Notes: generated by a model not told the origin, from the letters alone. Counted from the stretch's first letter, positions 38,066-45,476 are shown. The stretch: DNA of 64,000 nt from Nitrospirota bacterium (GCA_020052615.1 JAGVOT010000038.1:43028-107027); one strand, 5' to 3'. Numbers and translations are program-made.

Positions 38066-38215
38066 TCAGGCAGGTCTTCTGGCTCTCCCCCATCTGCCAG
38101 CCTTCCCAGCCTAACGGCCAGTGGCTTCTTATGACAGTGGTTGGCCCTGCTGATGCAGGGCCAGGATTACAGCGGCGGGTCCGCTCCCGATTCTCACGGG
38201 ATTCCCTTAGCCTAA
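38066..38215 (-). promoter_or_regulatory. cobalamin riboswitch aptamer, distal (5') copy
   Basis: UUAGGCUAAGGGAAUCCCGUGAGAAUCGGGAGCGGACCCGCCGCUGUAA...GCCACUGGCC...GGGAAGGC...GAGCCAGAAGACCUGCCUGA. The B12 box AGCCAGAAGACCUGCC is at 38069-38084. P1 is UUAGGC/GCCUGA. Confidence 0.85.
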
Positions 38216-38243
38216 ATGCAATACTTATTCAATTGTGAGGATA

Positions 38244-38272
38244 CATATAGCAGAAGCCGGTTTAAAAGTCAA
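38244..38272 (-). promoter_or_regulatory. sigma-70-like promoter for the riboswitch/B12 operon leader
   Basis: Minus strand: TTGACT (38272-38267), 17-nt spacer, TATATG (38249-38244). It lies about 30 nt upstream of the first aptamer. Confidence 0.45.
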
Positions 38273-38401
38273 TGCGTTTCAGGCTCTTCAGTTTTTCTCT
38301 TTTCCCCATCAGCTCTTCGCCTCAAATCCGCCGCTTCTTTTGCCTTTCGGTCATCTTCAGTGCGTTCGTGATACGGGACGTAGCCAAGCGGCGGAATGAC
38401 C

Positions 38402-38803
38402 CCTTTTTGAGAGCCCGATCAGGGTGTTCGGTTGCGCCAGATGGCGTCGGCAGGAAGCCAGAGTCAACAAATAGCGCGGGCGATCGATTGGCTGAAAGGT
38501 AACTTCACACGGCCGTTGCGCATCGAGGACCTCGCGGCCCAGGTTAATATGAGCACATCGACCTTTCACCATCATGTCCGGGAGGTGACGGCCATGAGCC
38601 CGCTGCAATACCAGAAATGGCTGCGTTTGAACGAAGCGCGACGGCTGATGCTTGCCGAAAACAAGGAGGCGACGAGAACGGCGTTCCAGGTCGGTTATGA
38701 GAGCCCCTCCCAATTCAGCCGCGAGTACGGTCGAATGTTCGGGGCACCGCCGCTCCGCGACATCACGAACCTGCGGCAGGGGGCTACGGCAGATGTGGGT
38801 TAG
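38402..38803 (+). pseudogene. AraC-family regulator remnant (C-terminal HTH half only)
   Basis: EPDQGVRLRQMASAGSQSQQIARAIDWLKGNFTRPLRIEDLA...MSPLQYQKWLRLNEARRLML...VGYESPSQFSREYGRMFGAPP is the C-terminal half of a ~300-aa AraC_N-type regulator. The frame is closed by a TGA at 38399-38401. Only about 130 nt remain before the opposing promoter. Confidence 0.65.
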
Positions 38804-38840
38804 TCTTAATGTTCATTCGATGGCCGACAGGACGTAATCG

Positions 38841-38863
38841 ACTGTGCTAAATTTGTGCTAAAA
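38841..38863 (+). repeat. 23-nt direct repeat, copy A (ACTGTGCTAAATTTGTGCTAAAA)
   Basis: Matches 45452-45474 at 22 of 23 positions. Internally it is two tandem TGTGCTAAA units. Confidence 0.8.
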
Positions 38864-39007
38864 ATAATCCAAACAGGCATAATCATCGCAGCACATATAA
38901 CCATCGTAAAGCCGTCAACCCCTTGATTCGTCGCTTTAAACGGGAAACCAGGCGATTAATCAAGGATTGTGATTTTCTGCCTTTCCCTGCTGGCAGTCTT
39001 GGGGTCT

Positions 39008-39034
39008 GGGGTTCGATCCCCCTCAGCTCCACCA
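39008..39034 (+). repeat. tRNA-Ala/tmRNA-type 3'-end fragment (T-arm + acceptor 3' strand + CCA), not a complete gene
   Basis: GGGGTTCGATCCCCCTCAGCTCCACCA: T-loop TTCGATC, then CAGCTCC-A-CCA. I found no complementary GGAGCTG or GGGGCTG 5' acceptor strand in the 400 nt upstream. Confidence 0.6.
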
Positions 39035-39076
39035 AGAAATCAAAAGGCCTAATCAAAAGATTAGCCTTTTCTATTT

Positions 39077-39095
39077 AGCTGAGGGGGATCGAACC
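39077..39095 (-). repeat. inverted copy of the T-arm/acceptor fragment
   Basis: AGCTGAGGGGGATCGAACC is the exact reverse complement of 39010-39028. The 48-nt spacer contains a hairpin (GGCCTAATC-AAAA-GATTAGCC). Confidence 0.8.
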
Positions 39096-39177
39096 AAGGG
39101 GGAAAGGATTTCTCTCATGTTTCGGGAGAGTCCACGAGAGGGCTGGCCCTTTCGTGAAGCGAAGCGCGTGAGACCCT

Positions 39178-39197
39178 CCTCAGCTCCACCAAAAAAT
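39178..39197 (+). repeat. second direct copy of the acceptor 3' end (CCTCAGCTCCACCAAAAAAT)
   Basis: 19 of 20 identical to 39021-39040 (CCTCAGCTCCACCAAGAAAT). It lacks the T-arm. Confidence 0.8.
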
Positions 39198-39236
39198 AAC
39201 AAAAGCTCGGCACACTCTGCCGGCCTTTTTTATTTC
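39198..39236. terminator. bidirectional intrinsic terminator candidate
   Basis: Hairpin CGGCA-CACTC-TGCCG (39208-39222), flanked by an A-run upstream and a T-run downstream. It lies downstream of the Met-rich gene on the minus strand. Confidence 0.45.
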
Positions 39237-39303
39237 ATATTTCTCCGGCACAGGGAGGCGTCGAACATCCTTTTGCTGGGACGGGAACTGGATGCGGCAC
39301 TGT

Positions 39304-39720
39304 TCACTTCCCTGACTTGTCCATGGCCTTCATTCTCTCTTGCATCGATTTGATCCGTTCCTGCATCTTCTTTGTATCTGCCGTACTCAGCTTGCCCTTT
39401 GTCATGCCTTGGGACATATCGTGCATCATCACCGACATGTCTTCCATCATGCTTCCCATTTCCGCCATCTTCATGTGTTCCGTAATGGTCTTATGACCCA
39501 TGCTGTGTGACATCATCTGCATCATCTCCATCATGTGGTTCATGACTCCCGACATATCCTTCATCATTTCCGGGCTCATCATCTGACCCTGCATCATCCC
39601 CTGCTGACTGCCCATACCCTCATGTTGCTTGCCGCCCATGGATCCGCCAGACATTTGGGCGAACGCCGATACTGTCGTAAATACGATTGCCAGTGCTGAT
39701 GCTGTTACGATCTTTTTCAT
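39304..39720 (-). CDS. Met/His-rich periplasmic protein (probable Cu(I)-binding)
   Basis: Signal peptide MKKIVTASALAIVFTTVSAFA, then roughly 30% Met with His (..MMQGQMMSPEMMKDMSGVMNHMMEMMQMMSHSMGH..). AGGAGG precedes ATG 39720. It is immediately downstream of copA. Confidence 0.6.
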   Translation of the reverse strand: MKKIVTASALAIVFTTVSAFAQMSGGSMGGKQHEGMGSQQGMMQGQMMSPEMMKDMSGVMNHMMEMMQMMSHSMGHKTITEHMKMAEMGSMMEDMSVMMHDMSQGMTKGKLSTADTKKMQERIKSMQERMKAMDKSGK

Positions 39721-39794
39721 GACATCCTCCTTTCGACCTTCCTGGTCTCGCACATGATTTTCCGCACAAAGTATACGACGATCTCTCAACTGAC

Positions 39795-42203
39795 TTATAT
39801 CTTTGTCCCTCGCAGTCTCAATGCGTTCCCGATGACCGATACAGAACTGAAGCTCATCGCCGCTGCTGCGAAGATCGGGCTGAGCAGGATGCCGAGGAAC
39901 GGGTAAAGTATCCCCGCAGCAACGGGGATGCCCAGGGCGTTGTAGACAAAGGCGAAGAACAGGTTTTGTTTGATGTTCTTCATCGTGGCCCGGGACAAGA
40001 GCCGCGCGCGCAGTATTCCGCGAAGATCGCCTTTCACGAGCGTCACGCCCGCGCTCTCCATGGCAACATCGGTGCCGGTGCCCATGGCAATGCCGACCTG
40101 GGCCTGGGCAAGAGCCGGCGCGTCATTGATCCCGTCGCCTGCCATGGCGACAAAACGACCTTCGCTCTGGAGCCGTTTTACGACAGCAGCCTTCTGGTCC
40201 GGCAGCACTTCCGCGACCACGTCGTCGATATCCAGCTTTCCCGCTACGGTCTCGGCAGTGGTCCTGTTGTCGCCCGTCAGCATCACGATGCGTATGCCGT
40301 CTTCATGAAGCTGCCTGACGGCTTCGAGCGTCGTTTCCTTGATAGGATCAGCCACTCCCAGCAATCCTGCCTCCTTTCCGTCCACAACGAGGAACATGGC
40401 GGTCTGCCCGTCCTTCCGCAGGTCCTCGGCTTTTGCCGCCATCCCGCCCGGATCGATGCTCAGGTCGTCCAGGAGCGCCCGGTTGCCGAGGGCGACCGTA
40501 TGGCCTTCCACTCTGCCCACGACCCCTTTTCCCGTCATGGACTGGAATGCCTCGGCATTTTTCAGACTGACGCCTTTTGCTTCCGCGCCTTCCACGATTG
40601 CCGCTGCAAGCGGGTGTTCGCTGCCGCGCTCGATGCTTGACGCGAACAAGAGGATCGCCTTTTCATCATATCCGTCATTCGACACCACGTTGATCAGCTT
40701 CGGTTTTCCGATCGTCAGAGTCCCGGTCTTGTCCACCACAAGGGTGTCCACTTTCCTCATAAGCTCGATAGCTTCGGCATTCTTGAACAGTACGCCGCCG
40801 GCGGCGCCTTTGCCCATGGCGACCATGATGGACACAGGTGTCGCAAGGCCAAGAGCACAGGGACAGGCGATGATCAGGACTGCTACGGCATTGACAAGAG
40901 CATGGGCAAAGCGGGGCTCCGGCCCGATCAACGCCCAGACGATGAACGTGACGGCCGCGATCGCGACCACGACCTGAACAAAGTATCCCGCAATGATGTC
41001 GGCCAGTTTCTGGATAGGCGCGCGGCTCCTTTGGGCTTCGGCCACCATATGAACGATCTGGGCCAGGAGCGTTTCCGATCCGACTTTTTCCGCGCACATG
41101 ACGAGCGAGCCCGTGCCGTTCACCGTTGCGCCGACAACGCGGTCGCCCGGGTGTTTTTCCACAGGCATCGGTTCACCGGTGATCATGGATTCATCGACGC
41201 TGCTGGCACCCTCGATGACAGTTCCGTCCACGGGAACCTTCTCACCAGGTCGCACGCGCAGAAGATCGCCGCGATGCACCTGCTCAAGCGGGATGTCCTC
41301 CTCCGTGCCGTCTTTCACCCGTCGCGCTGTCTTCGGCGCCAGACCGAGCAGTGCCTTGATGGCAGCTCCGGTTTTGCTCCGTGCCCGCAGTTCGAGCACC
41401 TGTCCAAGCAGAACGAGGGTCGTAATGACTGCCGCAGCCTCGAAGTATGCCCCTACTTCGCCGTTCTTACCCCTGAAGGAGGGGGGAAATACCTCAGGGA
41501 ACAGAGCTGCGACAATACTGAAACCATAGGCGACGCCGACGCCGAGTCCGATCAGGGTGAACATGTTAGGATTCCAGGTGACGACCGACTTCCATGCCCG
41601 TACGAAGAACGGCCAACCACCCCAGAGCACGACCGGCGTCGCAAGGATCAGCTCCAGCCACTTCATCATCTCCATGGGAATGAATTTATCCGGCGAGATC
41701 GCGGGAATGTAACCGCCCATGGCGATATAGACCAAGGGGACCGTGAGCACGGCTCCGACCTTGAACCGCCTGGTCATGTCGATAAGCTCGGGGTTTTCCT
41801 CTTCTTCAAGTGAGACTGTCTTCGGTTCCAGCGCCATGCCGCAGATCGGGCAGCTTCCCGCAGAATTCCGCACGACCTCTGGATGCATGGGACAGGCCCA
41901 CTCTGTTTTCGATGCAGCAACGATCGGCTCGACAGGCTCAAGGGCCATACCGCATTTGGGACAGGCCCCAGGTCCTGGTTGGCGCACTTCCGGGTGCATG
42001 GGACAGGTGAACGTGCCGGTTTTCTCTTCATCTTTTGAGGCTCCGCTCCTGGTATTCTCGGTGACATAGGCTTCAGGATTATTATCGAATGCTTCTTTGC
42101 ATGAGGTCGAGCAAAAGGAATAGGTCTCGTCTTTGTACACAGATCGGGCTGTGGCCTCCGCGCCTTCTATCGTCATTCCGCATTTAGGATCTCTGACTTT
42201 CAT
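39795..42203 (-). CDS. copA: copper-translocating P1B-type ATPase
   Basis: CPC motif ([12 protein letters not shown]), [15 protein letters not shown] and TGE(P) are present. The N-terminus carries a TRASH/YHS-like CGM...FCS..C domain and two CPMHPEV...CPxCGMALEP modules. Confidence 0.9.
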   Translation of the reverse strand: MKVRDPKCGMTIEGAEATARSVYKDETYSFCSTSCKEAFDNNPEAYVTENTRSGASKDEEKTGTFTCPMHPEVRQPGPGACPKCGMALEPVEPIVAASKTEWACPMHPEVVRNSAGSCPICGMALEPKTVSLEEEENPELIDMTRRFKVGAVLTVPLVYIAMGGYIPAISPDKFIPMEMMKWLELILATPVVLWGGWPFFVRAWKSVVTWNPNMFTLIGLGVGVAYGFSIVAALFPEVFPPSFRGKNGEVGAYFEAAAVITTLVLLGQVLELRARSKTGAAIKALLGLAPKTARRVKDGTEEDIPLEQVHRGDLLRVRPGEKVPVDGTVIEGASSVDESMITGEPMPVEKHPGDRVVGATVNGTGSLVMCAEKVGSETLLAQIVHMVAEAQRSRAPIQKLADIIAGYFVQVVVAIAAVTFIVWALIGPEPRFAHALVNAVAVLIIACPCALGLATPVSIMVAMGKGAAGGVLFKNAEAIELMRKVDTLVVDKTGTLTIGKPKLINVVSNDGYDEKAILLFASSIERGSEHPLAAAIVEGAEAKGVSLKNAEAFQSMTGKGVVGRVEGHTVALGNRALLDDLSIDPGGMAAKAEDLRKDGQTAMFLVVDGKEAGLLGVADPIKETTLEAVRQLHEDGIRIVMLTGDNRTTAETVAGKLDIDDVVAEVLPDQKAAVVKRLQSEGRFVAMAGDGINDAPALAQAQVGIAMGTGTDVAMESAGVTLVKGDLRGILRARLLSRATMKNIKQNLFFAFVYNALGIPVAAGILYPFLGILLSPIFAAAAMSFSSVSVIGNALRLRGTKI

Positions 42204-42242
42204 CGTACCCTCCTCTGTCGAAAAGATCCGGCCGGGGCCTTG

Positions 42243-42464
42243 CTAAAAACGAAACACCCGCTCCTTCACGCCTGCAACGTCTTTGATCACGAATTCGAAT
42301 TGTTGTATCCCCGGACCATCGAACTCGACCACAGCCGACCGGTGGTGTCCGGAGCCTTCCTGCGATTTCACCCGGCCGCCATATTCTTTTCCGCCGGCCC
42401 GAAGTACCGTAATGTCCTCAAAGGAACGCTCTGAGCAAGCCTGTCTTAACAAGACCTGTGACAC
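42243..42464 (-). CDS. hypothetical ORF, possibly the 3' part of a split gene
   Basis: 73-aa GTG-initiated ORF with no RBS. A 20-codon ORF with a strong RBS (42446-42508, MKITKVTKQPGVTCKCHRSC) overlaps its 5' end in another frame. Confidence 0.3.
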   Translation of the reverse strand: MSQVLLRQACSERSFEDITVLRAGGKEYGGRVKSQEGSGHHRSAVVEFDGPGIQQFEFVIKDVAGVKERVFRF

Positions 42465-42535
42465 TTGCAGGTCACGCCCGGCTGCTTCGTCACCTTCGTG
42501 ATCTTCATGTCCTCACCTCCCTTTTTTGGAACGTG

Positions 42536-43069
42536 TCAGGCGGTCTTCCTGAGGAGTGGCCGATCCTTTTCCAGTTGCTCCTTGAAGAAGACGAGTTCCT
42601 TATAGGTATGAGCATACACTGCATCAGGCCCCTTGAAGACATTCCTGAATATCCAGACCAGCAGTGTACCCCATGCTGAGTTCGGGAAATCCATGAATAC
42701 GTCGTGCGATAGTTTTAAGCCGTTTCCCGAGCTCACCACCCATGCGGTGCCGCCCTCGGGGATACGAATGCGAGCGAGGCCGCCGAGGATCCGGTAGACG
42801 GCAGTTCCCGCCCAGACCGCAATGCGCGGCCGTTCGACATACAGGAACCTCCCGCGCAAATCGGCGTAAATGCCGGCAACGGATTCCCGCTGTCTGAATT
42901 CGACGCCGGTGGCGGGCCGGTTGTTCTCGCTATTGTAGGTGAGCCCAAAATGCTCTTCAGGGTTCGACGCTGTCCAGTTGGCCGGGTCGGAGGCGTAATC
43001 CCAAATCACCTCGGGAGTGCTGTTTATGATGATCTCTGTTTCCGCCATGTTGTACATTTCCACTGCCAC
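42536..43069 (-). CDS. SRPBCC (START/Bet v1-like) superfamily protein
   Basis: 177 aa. N-terminal IIINSTPEVIWDYASDPANW is typical of polyketide-cyclase/SRPBCC proteins. Confidence 0.5.
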   Translation of the reverse strand: MAVEMYNMAETEIIINSTPEVIWDYASDPANWTASNPEEHFGLTYNSENNRPATGVEFRQRESVAGIYADLRGRFLYVERPRIAVWAGTAVYRILGGLARIRIPEGGTAWVVSSGNGLKLSHDVFMDFPNSAWGTLLVWIFRNVFKGPDAVYAHTYKELVFFKEQLEKDRPLLRKTA

Positions 43070-43070
43070 C

Positions 43071-44162
43071 TTATAAACGCTCTGCCCGTGCAGTTCCCGC
43101 CGGGAGAACGCAGACCGCGGCCACGTGCCTCTTTCTCAGGTCAAGCAGGTACTGCTTCGCGGCCAACGCCGCTTTCGCGCCTTCGCCCGAGGCAATGATG
43201 ATCCGCTTTCCGAATGCATTGGTGATGTCGCCGGCGGCAAAGATGCCCGGGTACGTAGTTGAGCAATCAGGTTGAATGATGATCTCACCGCGGTCATTTA
43301 CGTCCACCAGGCGCGTCACGAGGCCGGAATTCGGCTTGAAGCCGATCGAGATAAAGACGCCTTCTGCGGGAAGGGAGGCCGTTTCCTCGCCGGCCATCTT
43401 CCTGATCGACACGCCGGCAAGCGCAACGTCCCCGAGAAACTCCACAACCTTGTATTCCTCGTAAATACCCACATCACCGAGACCCCTGACGCGCTCGATG
43501 ATCATCGCATCCCCTGTAAGTTCGGTGGCGGATACGAGATTGATGCGGGCCGTCACGCCGTGCAGGTTCTCGACCATCTGGAGCGCCGAGTTCCCGCCGC
43601 CTGCGACGACCACGTCCTTGTCCTGGATAAAGGAAAGGTCCTGGATGTTCCCGTAAAAGACGCCCTTGCGCTGGAACCGTTCCTCGCCTTCCACGCCCAG
43701 GGTCCTTCTGGCCATGCCCGTAGTGATGATCACGGCCTTGGCTGAATAGGTTTTGAGCTCCGACGCGATGACGCGGAAACCATCATCCGCGGGCTCGATC
43801 TTCTCGACTTCGCTGATCACGTGGTCGATGTAGTGTGACCGGACGAGCTGTTCCTGGAACTTCTCGATCAGCTGCGGGCCGGTGATGAAATCGTAGCCCA
43901 TGTAGTTCTCGATCTTGGTGCTGTCCACGGCCTGACCGCCAAGGTCTTTGGCGATCAGGAACGCGTCCATTTTCATGGTCGCTGCGTAGACCGCTGCCGT
44001 GAGGCCCGCAGGGCCGCCGCCGACGATTATAAGATCATACAGGGTGCGGGGGCGTTTGCAGGTTTTTTCCTGGAGAAACTTGTCCCGGCAGCCTTCCGAG
44101 CAGAAGTAATGAACCGTATTATCACATTCCGCCCGTATGCCGGTGTCCTTTTGTACCTCCAT
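43071..44162 (-). CDS. TRASH/YHS domain fused to a thioredoxin-reductase-like flavoprotein lacking the CxxC
   Basis: N-terminus: AECDNTVHYFCSEGCRDKF. Then LIIVGGGPAGLTAAVYA (FAD), VVVAGGGNSALQ (second Rossmann) and FAAGDIT. Where TrxB has C-A-T-C-D this protein reads GNIQD. Confidence 0.65.
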   Translation of the reverse strand: MEVQKDTGIRAECDNTVHYFCSEGCRDKFLQEKTCKRPRTLYDLIIVGGGPAGLTAAVYAATMKMDAFLIAKDLGGQAVDSTKIENYMGYDFITGPQLIEKFQEQLVRSHYIDHVISEVEKIEPADDGFRVIASELKTYSAKAVIITTGMARRTLGVEGEERFQRKGVFYGNIQDLSFIQDKDVVVAGGGNSALQMVENLHGVTARINLVSATELTGDAMIIERVRGLGDVGIYEEYKVVEFLGDVALAGVSIRKMAGEETASLPAEGVFISIGFKPNSGLVTRLVDVNDRGEIIIQPDCSTTYPGIFAAGDITNAFGKRIIIASGEGAKAALAAKQYLLDLRKRHVAAVCVLPAGTARAERL

Positions 44163-44252
44163 ATTGCAGATAAGGATCCCTCTTCATGATTTTCCCCGGG
44201 AGCGCTGATGTATTTTTACACCATTCACATATTTGCTTCCGGTGATCACCCG

Positions 44253-44468
44253 CTACTCATCGATCCGGTATCCAAGCTTTATAATGCTGTCCTTCGTGAT
44301 CGTCGTGATCCTGTCCTCATCGACAATGCTTTCATCAAACTTCACTGCGATCTTTCCCTGTTCAACGTCGATCGACTCAACTCCATCCATGCCGCCTACA
44401 AAACGTCGCAGCGCAAGAGAACACTCTCCGCAGAAACTGGTATTTACGTTAAACAGAGCTACTTTCAC
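44253..44468 (-). CDS. heavy-metal-associated (HMA/CopZ-like) domain protein
   Basis: 71 aa, with FCGECSLAL in the usual CxxC loop position and a ferredoxin-like pattern. Confidence 0.65.
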   Translation of the reverse strand: MKVALFNVNTSFCGECSLALRRFVGGMDGVESIDVEQGKIAVKFDESIVDEDRITTITKDSIIKLGYRIDE

Positions 44469-44504
44469 GGTCCGCCTCCCCTCCCGCAGGCCGGTCCTGC
44501 GCCA

Positions 44505-44807
44505 TCATTCCAGCCTCTTCCCTGTCCGGATCTTGATCGCAGAATCCAATGGCGCAACAGTGACGACCCCGTCTCCTGCTAGACCGGTACGGGCATTTTC
44601 ATATATGGTTTTCACGACCGCATCGACCTTCTCAACGGATACGTAAATCTCGATCTTGTCATGAATGGAATATGGATTATTCAGCCGGACCTCCTCACCC
44701 AGCCCCTTGATCTCAGAGATGGTCATGCTTTTTATTCCGATATGTTCAAGAGATTTTACGACGCGTTCGAGGCTTGTCGTTCGAAGAACAGCAATGACCT
44801 TTTTCAT
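44505..44807 (-). CDS. P-II superfamily protein (non-GlnB type)
   Basis: 100 aa. MKKVIAVLRTTSLERVVKSLEHIGIKSMTISEIKGLG... has P-II topology but a short atypical T-loop. The C-terminus is GDGVVTVAPLDSAIKIRTG. Confidence 0.65.
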   Translation of the reverse strand: MKKVIAVLRTTSLERVVKSLEHIGIKSMTISEIKGLGEEVRLNNPYSIHDKIEIYVSVEKVDAVVKTIYENARTGLAGDGVVTVAPLDSAIKIRTGKRLE

Positions 44808-44822
44808 AGCGCACTCCTCCGG

Positions 44823-45056
44823 TCAGGATTTCATGAGGTCGTCCTTCATACGTTCGAATTCCTCTTTAGTAATCTCGCCATTAGCGTATCTTCTCTTCAG
44901 AAGATCGAGGGGAGTTTCTCCCGGTCCTGCCTTCCCGTTTCGACGCGAAATCGCCAGAACGATGGATATGATGCCGAGAACAACCAGCCCCCCGAAAAGG
45001 ACCATGAAAATCCAGCCGAACCCCATGCCCCATCCGTAATCACTCCAATGCATCAT
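44823..45056 (-). CDS. SHOCT-domain membrane protein
   Basis: One TM, then LLKRRYANGEITKEEFERMKDDL, the SHOCT motif. Confidence 0.75.
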   Translation of the reverse strand: MMHWSDYGWGMGFGWIFMVLFGGLVVLGIISIVLAISRRNGKAGPGETPLDLLKRRYANGEITKEEFERMKDDLMKS

Positions 45057-45451
45057 GATTTACTCCCTTAGCCCACCAGACGCTGCTAATCTAACCGCGC
45101 CACAGGTTGCTGGCCAGAAACATCATGGCACTTAGTTCGCAACTCTCTATGATTTAAATATACTTCAATTCTTCCCTGACACTTAATGCAGCATATTCCA
45201 TGCCAACTATTTTGTGTCTTATATCAACTAATTCGGCTATTTGTTCCTGGACCTATGAAGCCTGTGATTTGATGACTGGAGGATTTGCTACAGGAGGGTT
45301 AGCAAGCTTTATACTGTCAGTACTTAGTACTGAAGTTCCGAGAGCAGATGTTCAGGGTCATGGGTGAGCAATAGATCATTAGATGGGCGATGGCAATGCG
45401 GAAGACGCGGGCATGGGAATGGCAGAAATATACCGAACCTGACCAAATCCT

Positions 45452-45474
45452 ACTGTGCTAAAATTGTGCTAAAA
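45452..45474 (+). repeat. 23-nt direct repeat, copy B (ACTGTGCTAAAATTGTGCTAAAA)
   Basis: 22 of 23 identical to 38841-38863. Confidence 0.8.
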
Positions 45475-45476
45475 CA

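Noticed and set aside
38804-39034. A complete tmRNA (ssrA) or tRNA-Ala gene ending at the CCA at 39034.
   Set aside because: There is no 5' acceptor strand (GGGGCTG or GGAGCTG), no D or anticodon arms and no tag-peptide reading frame in the preceding 400 nt. A full tmRNA would also overlap the AraC remnant. The T-stem has a T:T mismatch. I treated it as a 3' fragment.
42446-42508. Programmed -1 ribosomal frameshift joining the 20-codon ORF to the 73-aa ORF.
   Set aside because: There is no X XXY YYZ slippery heptamer and no obvious downstream stimulatory structure at the overlap. An indel or two independent features are more parsimonious.
45313-45327. Perfect palindrome CAGTACT-T-AGTACTG in the non-coding stretch upstream of repeat copy B.
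   Set aside because: It is short (7-1-7), isolated, and not repeated elsewhere in the window. It is compatible with chance in AT-rich DNA.
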